Notes under the pieces: model-generated | What the model saw: the letters and a program-made list of their open reading frames with translations, nothing else | Database searches by the model: none | Told to the model about the DNA's origin: nothing | Shown here: positions 38,888 to 45,106 of the stretch, piece by piece | Layout: every line of letters begins with the position of its first letter | How positions within the stretch are numbered: the stretch's first letter is position 1 | Source of the DNA: a virus | Lineage: Duplodnaviria; Heunggongvirae; Uroviricota; Caudoviricetes | Reading direction: 5' to 3' (one strand) | Virus record (IMG/VR): IMGVR_UViG_2541047951_000008 | Length of the DNA: 45,106 nt | Program-made: the position numbers and the translations under genes

Positions 38888-39712
38888 ATGTCTCAGAACT
38901 TAGACGCAACCGCAATTAATCAAATCCATGCCCTTATTTCTGCTCAGGGTGTTAATGAAATTATCAGTAAGATTGGTGCCGATGCTGTGGCATTGCCTGA
39001 GAACTTCCGCATTCATGATCTGGAAAAATTTAATTTAAATCGCTTCCGTTTCCGTGGTGCGCTTTCCACTGCCAGCATCGATGACTTTACCCGTTATTCT
39101 AAAGATCTTGCAAATGAAGGCACCCGCTGCTTTATTGATGCCGATAATATGCGTGCCGTCAGTGTGCTTAACCTGGGTACTATTGATGAACCAGGTCACG
39201 CAGATAACACCGCCACTCTCAAACTGAAAAAGACAGCACCGTTCTCTGCTCTGTTGTCTGTTAACGGCGAGCGTAACTCCCAGAAGTCACTGGCAGAATG
39301 GATTGAAGACTGGGCCGACTACCTTGTAGGCTTTGATGCTAATGGTGACGCTATTCAGGCAACAAAAGCGGCTGCGGCTGTCCGTAAAATCACGATTGAA
39401 GCAAACCAGACCGCTGATTTTGAAGATAATGACTTCAGCGGAAAACGCTCCCTGATGGAGTCTGTCGAAGCGAAGACCAAAGATATTATGCCAGTGGCAT
39501 TTGAATTTAAATGCGTTCCGTTTGAAGGTCTGAAAGAACGTCCGTTTAAATTACGCCTCAGCATTATCACTGGCGATCGTCCTGTACTGGTTCTGCGCAT
39601 TATTCAGTTGGAAGCAGTCCAGGAAGAAATGGCTAACGAATTTCGTGATCTGCTTGTTGAGAAATTCAAAGACAGCAAAGTAGAAACCTTTATTGGTACT
39701 TTCACCGCCTGA
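38888..39712 (+). CDS. Hypothetical early-left protein (274 aa; YfdQ-like by size and position)
   Basis: Long [25 protein letters not shown]...; no catalytic motif recognised. Confidence 0.5.
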   Translation: MSQNLDATAINQIHALISAQGVNEIISKIGADAVALPENFRIHDLEKFNLNRFRFRGALSTASIDDFTRYSKDLANEGTRCFIDADNMRAVSVLNLGTIDEPGHADNTATLKLKKTAPFSALLSVNGERNSQKSLAEWIEDWADYLVGFDANGDAIQATKAAAAVRKITIEANQTADFEDNDFSGKRSLMESVEAKTKDIMPVAFEFKCVPFEGLKERPFKLRLSIITGDRPVLVLRIIQLEAVQEEMANEFRDLLVEKFKDSKVETFIGTFTA

Positions 39713-39839
39713 TTTCATTGCTGCAAATGCCCCTGCGGGGGCATTTATGGAAACGTAATTGACTCAACAATCGCCTGATGGCGAGGGCTTCCTTTTACCC
39801 GAATTCAGCGCGGTGCAGCGCATATACGTGGAGAACAAA

Positions 39840-40376
39840 ATGTCATTTATTAAAACTTTTTCCGGGAAGCATTTTTACTATGACAAGATAAATAAAGACG
39901 ACATCGTGATTAACGATATCGCGGTTTCCCTTTCAAATATCTGCCGCTTTGCCGGTCATCTTTCTCACTTCTACAGCGTCGCCCAACATGCGGTGCTTTG
40001 CAGCCAGCTGGTGCCGCAGGAATTTGCTTTTGAAGCGTTAATGCATGATGCAACAGAAGCGTATTGCCAGGACATCCCCGCACCACTGAAACGCCTTCTT
40101 CCTGACTATAAACGGATGGAAGAAAAAATAGACGCAGTAATCCGTGAGAAATACGAGTTGCCCCCGGTTATGAGTACGCCTGTGAAATATGCCGATCTAA
40201 TCATGCTGGCAACCGAACGCCGTGATCTCGGGCTTGATGATGGCTCTTTCTGGCCTGTACTGGAAGGCATCCCGGCAACAGAGATGTTCAACGTGATTCC
40301 ACTGGCACCGGGCCACGCCTACGGGATGTTTATGGAACGTTTTAACGAGTTATCGGAGTTACGCAAATGCGCATGA
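39840..40376 (+). CDS. HD-domain phosphohydrolase (YfdR-like 5-prime-deoxynucleotidase)
   Basis: H...HD motif (AQHAVLCSQLVPQEFAFEALMHDATEAY) and downstream D; start chosen at MSFIKTFSGK giving 178 aa (track ORF from 39759). Confidence 0.65.
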   Translation: MSFIKTFSGKHFYYDKINKDDIVINDIAVSLSNICRFAGHLSHFYSVAQHAVLCSQLVPQEFAFEALMHDATEAYCQDIPAPLKRLLPDYKRMEEKIDAVIREKYELPPVMSTPVKYADLIMLATERRDLGLDDGSFWPVLEGIPATEMFNVIPLAPGHAYGMFMERFNELSELRKCA

Positions 40377-40729
40377 ATGTTTTCGAAATGGAAGGGTTTC
40401 TTCGCGGGAAATGTGTACCGCGAGATCTGAAAGTGAACGAAACAAATGCTGAGTACCTGGTACGTAAATTCGACGCGCTTGAAGCTAAATGTGCGGCACT
40501 GGAAAACAAAATAATACCAGTGTCAGCTGAACTGCCACCAGCAAATGAAAGTGTTCTGTTATTTGATGCTAACGGAGAAGGCTGGCTGATTGGCTGGCGT
40601 TCTCTCTGGTACACCTGGGAACAAAAAGAAACCGGAGAATGGCAGTGGACATTTCAGGTCGGGGACCTTGAAAACGTCAATATCACTCACTGGGCAGTAA
40701 TGCCGAAAGCACCAGAGACTAAGAAATGA
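40367..40729 (+). CDS. Hypothetical early protein (120 aa, DUF551-like C-terminus possible)
   Basis: ORF overlapping the HD-domain gene stop by 10 nt; same operon. Confidence 0.45.
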   Translation: MRMNVFEMEGFLRGKCVPRDLKVNETNAEYLVRKFDALEAKCAALENKIIPVSAELPPANESVLLFDANGEGWLIGWRSLWYTWEQKETGEWQWTFQVGDLENVNITHWAVMPKAPETKK

Positions 40730-40941
40730 GCGTGATAAAAACTCATACAGGAATTGTTATCACCCGAGACGGTGAAAAGCGGATGAAATTACATTCCACT
40801 GAAACGTCCTGGGTTGCCGGACGTTGTGAATCCTACGACAAAAAGACTGGTTACCGTTGGGGTGCACCAAACATGCGTCGCCGTCTGCTACTGGACAGCA
40901 TCAGGCCAATAAAACAGGTAGCAACCAGGGAACAAAATTAA
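40726..40941 (+). CDS. Hypothetical small protein (71 aa)
   Basis: Start overlaps the upstream stop (ATGA); no domain recognised. Confidence 0.35.
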   Translation: MSVIKTHTGIVITRDGEKRMKLHSTETSWVAGRCESYDKKTGYRWGAPNMRRRLLLDSIRPIKQVATREQN

Positions 40942-40988
40942 TTATCAGGACTGGAATTTGATATTACTGCCCGTGTGCAGCGGGCTAA

Positions 40989-41207
40989 GTGGAGAAACAT
41001 ATGCTGAACCTCGATTGCGTTCCAATCTCAACTTATTGCAAAGAAACTGGCGAAACTCCTGAAGCAATAAACAAACGTGTACAGCGCGGTGTTTGGCGTG
41101 AAGGTGTTCAGGTTTTAAAGGTTGAAGGCGTTAAGGAGAGGTGGATTGATCTTAGTGAGGTTGCAAAATGGGCCAGACAAAACTGCTCAAACTACCGCGC
41201 GGCGTAA
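40989..41207 (+). CDS. Excisionase-like small DNA-binding protein
   Basis: 72-aa basic protein directly upstream of and overlapping int; assignment mainly by position and size. Confidence 0.45.
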   Translation: MEKHMLNLDCVPISTYCKETGETPEAINKRVQRGVWREGVQVLKVEGVKERWIDLSEVAKWARQNCSNYRAA

Positions 41208-42334
41208 CAATCAGGAAACACCGCCAGGGCGAAACGATCAATATAACTTTCACCTACAAAGGAGTTAAATGTCGTGAGCCTCTTTCCAATCTGGAAGTAA
41301 CACCAAAGAACATTAAATACGCCGAGCGCACACTCGGCGAAATTCATAATAAGATCGAAAGGGGAACATTCATTTATGCGGAATATTTTCCCCGTTCTGC
41401 TCGTTTGAAAATTTTTGGTAATGCTGCTGCAGGCAAAACGGTAAAAATGTACCTGGACGAATACCTTGAAATCTGCGAAACGAGAAAACTTTCACCCTCT
41501 ACGATTGGTGGTTATAAAAAATGCCGTAGTGCGTTAGCCTCACTCCACATTTGCCCTGCAAGTGAATTAACACCAGCAATCCTGAAAGCGTGGATTCAAA
41601 GCCAGAAAACGACCTTAAAAACAATTCGCAACCAGTTATCTTTCCTGCGGTCAGCACTTGATGAAGCCGTAACCGATGGGGTACTTCAAATTAACCCCGT
41701 ATCGTTGGTAACTGCTTCGCGCTACCAAAGTGATAAGTCAGAAGCAGAAAGCAGCTACGTGGTTGATCCGCTATCACCAGCAGAAGTTGATGCATTACTA
41801 ACAGCAGCCGGAAACAAACAATGGGAGAATCTGTTCCGGTTCGCTATACATACAGGCCTGCGTAGTTCTGAATTATGTGCCCTTCGATGGCGTGATATCG
41901 ACTTTGTTGGAAAAACTGCCCATGTCCAGAGCGCAAGTGTTGTCGGTGTTATCAAAGGAACAAAGACAAAAGCCGGTACTCGTAAAGTTGAACTGACAGA
42001 AGATGCAATGTTGGCGCTGATAAATCAGAAGCCATTTACATTCATGAAGGATGCTACTGTCTTTGAAGATCCAAAGACCAATAAGCCCTGGGCAAGTGCT
42101 GATGCAATCAGGAAAAAAGCATGGGTGCCAACATTGCGAAAAGCAGGTATTCGTTACAGAAATCCATATCAAACCAGGCATACATTCGCCACCCGCCATA
42201 TCAGCCGGGGAGCAAACCTGTTTTGGCTTGCAGCTCAAATGGGGCATAAAGGGCCGGAGATGCTTTTCAGGCACTATGGCTCATATCTGAAGGAATATGA
42301 TGGACAAACAAGCTTGAAGAAGATAACAATATAA
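41168..42334 (+). CDS. int: Tyrosine site-specific integrase
   Basis: 388 aa with N-terminal arm-binding-like region and C-terminal catalytic motifs (HTGLRSSELCALRWRDID ... RHTFATRHISRGANLFWLAAQMGH ... FRHYGSYL with catalytic Tyr). Confidence 0.9.
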   Translation: MGQTKLLKLPRGVTIRKHRQGETINITFTYKGVKCREPLSNLEVTPKNIKYAERTLGEIHNKIERGTFIYAEYFPRSARLKIFGNAAAGKTVKMYLDEYLEICETRKLSPSTIGGYKKCRSALASLHICPASELTPAILKAWIQSQKTTLKTIRNQLSFLRSALDEAVTDGVLQINPVSLVTASRYQSDKSEAESSYVVDPLSPAEVDALLTAAGNKQWENLFRFAIHTGLRSSELCALRWRDIDFVGKTAHVQSASVVGVIKGTKTKAGTRKVELTEDAMLALINQKPFTFMKDATVFEDPKTNKPWASADAIRKKAWVPTLRKAGIRYRNPYQTRHTFATRHISRGANLFWLAAQMGHKGPEMLFRHYGSYLKEYDGQTSLKKITI

Positions 42335-42351
42335 TCCAAGCATGAAACTAT

Positions 42352-42375
42352 TGGCCACAATTTGTGGCCATTTTA
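42352..42375 (+). terminator. Hairpin plus T-run immediately after int
   Basis: TGGCCAC-AATTT-GTGGCCA followed by TTTTA; lies inside the 5-prime extension of the track ORF for the next gene, arguing that gene starts at 42393. Confidence 0.4.
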
Positions 42376-42392
42376 CGGAGCAAGATAGAAAC

Positions 42393-44126
42393 ATGGCAAA
42401 TCAAATTACCAAACTAAAAAATATAAATGTTGTGAAGTTTCGCGGACTGAAAAATATAAACATCGAGTTTGGTTCTCGCCTAACTGTTATTTGTGGTAAA
42501 AATGGCACATCTAAATCCACAATTCTTGGCATTATCGCCCAAATATTTAGCTTTACAAAGGACTTTACCAAAAACCCTGAGACTGATTTAACACAATATA
42601 AAACATTAACAAATGGCAGCTTCAAGTCAGCTTTCAGCGAACATTTTAGGCTTTCAGAACAATTTGATGTTCCTGGTTCAATGGACGTCAAAATTAGTGT
42701 CTATGATGGTGCATCGAACAAACATCTTGAAAAACTAACATTAGGTTTATACAGCTACAGTGACAGAGATAAATCTAGGCCTGTAGTCAGGGGAAATGAT
42801 TCAATACCGGAAAAAAACCAAAGTAGAAACGTTACTCATCCTGTTATTTTTTTAAGCTTAGCACGACTTCTTCCTATTACATTAAGGACTGATTACTCAA
42901 CACGGGATGTTCAGTACATCAATGAAAATTCTGATGAAATCAGAATGATGAGTAACCAACTCTTACTAAAAAACAATGGAAGCTCAGTAACAGCAACAAA
43001 AGGTACTATCGATTCAATGGTTGTCCATGGTGACAATTATGATCACCAATCAGTATCTGTTGGTGAAGATAATGTTGGACAATTAATCCAGGCAATTTTT
43101 TCATTTAAAAGATTGAAGGAAACTTATTCTGATTATCATGGCGGAATATTGTTAATTGATGAAGCCGATGCAGGTCTTTTCCCTGCGGCACAGTTAGAGC
43201 TAATTAATATTCTAACTAAAGCAGCAAAACAATACGATCTGCAAATAATCATGACCTCGCACTCTCCATTAATAATAGAGGATATCTATAATCGTTCAAA
43301 ACAAGATAGTGATAGCTTTAAAACAATATATCTTACAGACACATATGGAGATATTAAAACAAAGAATAATCTTTCATGGACAGATATCCACGCTGATTTA
43401 CATGTTGAAACTGTAAAAATTAATGATGACATTTGTCTTCCAAAGGCAAATGTATATTTTGAAGACAAAGAAGGTTTCGACTTTTTCAAACAATTGATAA
43501 CAGATCGAAAAATAAATAAAATATTAAATCCATTAGGAAATATAAATATTAGCTGCTCTGCCATGCTTGACTTAATGGCAAGAAAAATACCAGAATTTAC
43601 AGCTAAAAGCTTGATCGTCTTAGACGGTGATGTTGTTCACGACAACAGTGCTAATGCAAAAAAAGCCAAAAAAGAAAAAAACTTATGTTTGCTTCCAAGC
43701 ACCTTACCTCCAGACCAAATGATTTTTGAGTTTTTATATAATTTACCACCTGATGATGCATATTGGGAAAATAAAAATAAATTTACAAAAGCTGTTTTTA
43801 TGAAAACAGCTAAAGACATAATTGCAACGCTAAAGATTGGTAACGCTCCGATTGATTTAAAAATCCTTATAGATAATTATAAAAAAGTTAACAAAAACCA
43901 TGGAGGGAGAGTTAGAAAACTGTTTAAAGATTTTGCACATACGACTCAATTTCAGGCCCAAGTCAAAGGAAGAGTTAAAGATAACCCATATCGATATTGG
44001 GTCGAGAAAAATCCTGTTCAATCGGATAGCTTCAAGAATGAACTAATAAAGAGTCTTAAAGTTATTATGATAAGTGGACATGGTGTCGATTCTGCTACCA
44101 TCTCATCATATCTGTCAGATAACTAA
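42393..44126 (+). CDS. OLD-family / GajA-like protein: N-terminal ABC ATPase with C-terminal Toprim-like domain; AT-rich cargo
   Basis: Walker A GKNGTSKST, Walker B ILLIDEADAGLFP, H-loop IIMTSHSPLI; C-terminal region with conserved Glu (VYFEDKEGFDF) and DxD (IVLDGDVV) as in Toprim domains of OLD/GajA nucleases; start taken at MANQITKLKNI. Confidence 0.7.
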   Translation: MANQITKLKNINVVKFRGLKNINIEFGSRLTVICGKNGTSKSTILGIIAQIFSFTKDFTKNPETDLTQYKTLTNGSFKSAFSEHFRLSEQFDVPGSMDVKISVYDGASNKHLEKLTLGLYSYSDRDKSRPVVRGNDSIPEKNQSRNVTHPVIFLSLARLLPITLRTDYSTRDVQYINENSDEIRMMSNQLLLKNNGSSVTATKGTIDSMVVHGDNYDHQSVSVGEDNVGQLIQAIFSFKRLKETYSDYHGGILLIDEADAGLFPAAQLELINILTKAAKQYDLQIIMTSHSPLIIEDIYNRSKQDSDSFKTIYLTDTYGDIKTKNNLSWTDIHADLHVETVKINDDICLPKANVYFEDKEGFDFFKQLITDRKINKILNPLGNINISCSAMLDLMARKIPEFTAKSLIVLDGDVVHDNSANAKKAKKEKNLCLLPSTLPPDQMIFEFLYNLPPDDAYWENKNKFTKAVFMKTAKDIIATLKIGNAPIDLKILIDNYKKVNKNHGGRVRKLFKDFAHTTQFQAQVKGRVKDNPYRYWVEKNPVQSDSFKNELIKSLKVIMISGHGVDSATISSYLSDN

Positions 44127-44136
44127 TTGATTAAAA

Positions 44137-44172
44137 AAGGGTTTTATGTGATGGCCATAAAGCCCTTTTTTT
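44137..44172 (+). terminator. Rho-independent terminator after the ATPase gene
   Basis: AAGGGTTTTATG-loop-CATAAAGCCCTT (one G-U pair) followed by TTTTTTT. Confidence 0.5.
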
Positions 44173-44206
44173 GATATACTTTAGATCTGACATTTAGAGG
44201 TATCAT

Positions 44207-45106
44207 ATGCGTTTTAACACCCCACTTCGCTATCCTGGCGGTAAAGGCAAGCTTGCAAATTTCATGCTTCGGATTATTGAAGAAAATAATCTTTCGCCTA
44301 TACATTATGCCGAACCATATGCTGGGGGTGCTGGTTTAGCATTGAAACTGTTACATCTAAATGCAGCTGAAAAAATCATCCTTAATGATATTAATATTTC
44401 TGTTTATGCTTTTTGGCACAGTGTATTAAATCATGCAGATCAATTATGTTCTTTAATTGAAAGAACAGAAGTTACAATGGATGAATGGTTTAGGCAGAAA
44501 GATATAATTAATAATCCTAAAGACCATGATCTTTTAACAATTGGTTTCTCAACCTTTTTTCTCAATAGAACAAATCGTTCTGGAATATTAAAAGGTGGAG
44601 TAATTGGCGGTAAAAATCAAGAAGGGAAATGGAAGCTTGACGCTCGCTATAATAAGAGTGATTTGATTTCTCGAATCCATAAAATATCAGAAAATCGTCA
44701 CAGAATAGATTTATATAACATGGATGCAATTGATTTCATTAAAAAAATAGTTACTCAATTGCCACAAAACTCATTAACATATTTGGATCCACCTTATTAC
44801 ATAAAAGGTAAAGGTTTATATATCAACCATTATGATCATGATGATCATGTTAGGGTTGCAAAAGTCGTACAGAATAATATTAAAACACCTTGGATTGTTT
44901 CTTACGATAACACTCCTGAGATCCAAGCTATGTATAAGACATCATCATTAGTATATGGAATAAACTACAGTGCTCAAGATCGGTACAAAGGATCTGAGGT
45001 AATGTTCTTCAGTGAACGATTGAAAATCTTTAAAACAGATGATCCAACTAAGGTAAAAGCGCCTGTATTTAAAAGAGGATGTGTTGACGACCACATCCAG
45101 ACATAA
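44207..45106 (+). CDS. Dam-family (D12 / alpha-class) N6-adenine DNA methyltransferase
   Basis: N-terminal RYPGGKGK and motif I EPYAGGAG, C-terminal motif IV YLDPPYY (order I...IV as in Dam/T4 Dam); GAGG RBS; AT-rich; ORF ends at the window edge. Confidence 0.85.
   Translation: MRFNTPLRYPGGKGKLANFMLRIIEENNLSPIHYAEPYAGGAGLALKLLHLNAAEKIILNDINISVYAFWHSVLNHADQLCSLIERTEVTMDEWFRQKDIINNPKDHDLLTIGFSTFFLNRTNRSGILKGGVIGGKNQEGKWKLDARYNKSDLISRIHKISENRHRIDLYNMDAIDFIKKIVTQLPQNSLTYLDPPYYIKGKGLYINHYDHDDHVRVAKVVQNNIKTPWIVSYDNTPEIQAMYKTSSLVYGINYSAQDRYKGSEVMFFSERLKIFKTDDPTKVKAPVFKRGCVDDHIQT

Noticed and set aside
1-45106. CRISPR array or other long tandem repeats
   Set aside because: No regularly spaced direct repeats were seen; the only repeat clusters are the origin iterons and the operator half-sites.

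Overview
This window is enterobacterial (Escherichia/Shigella-type) chromosome: smpB (1-483) and the tmRNA gene ssrA (698-1060), followed by what reads as one lambdoid prophage filling the rest of the window. Going rightwards, the minus strand carries a tail module colinear with lambda (tail fibre, lom, J, I, K, L, M, H, G/GT, V, U, Z, FII), an HK97-style head module (ClpP-like protease fused to major capsid, portal, gpW, terminase large and small subunits), a cos-like segment, a phage-21-type lysis cassette (pinholin, SAR endolysin, Rz/Rz1), a beta-class DNA methyltransferase, antiterminator Q, a nin-like region (RusA, KilA-N, phage Dam-like methyltransferase), an O-like replication initiator with internal iterons, and cro. 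The cI repressor and the early-left operon (including an HD-domain protein, xis and int) are on the plus strand. Visibly AT-rich cargo sits at both prophage ends. The most interesting is an OLD/GajA-like ABC-ATPase-Toprim protein immediately followed by a Dam-family methyltransferase downstream of int (42393-45106), a pairing I do not recognise as a described defence system. The second is an orphan 680-aa protein with a C-terminal two-helix membrane anchor next to ssrA (1953-3995). All calls rest on reading the translations and sequence by eye; no searches were run, and the att sites and exact prophage boundaries are not resolved.
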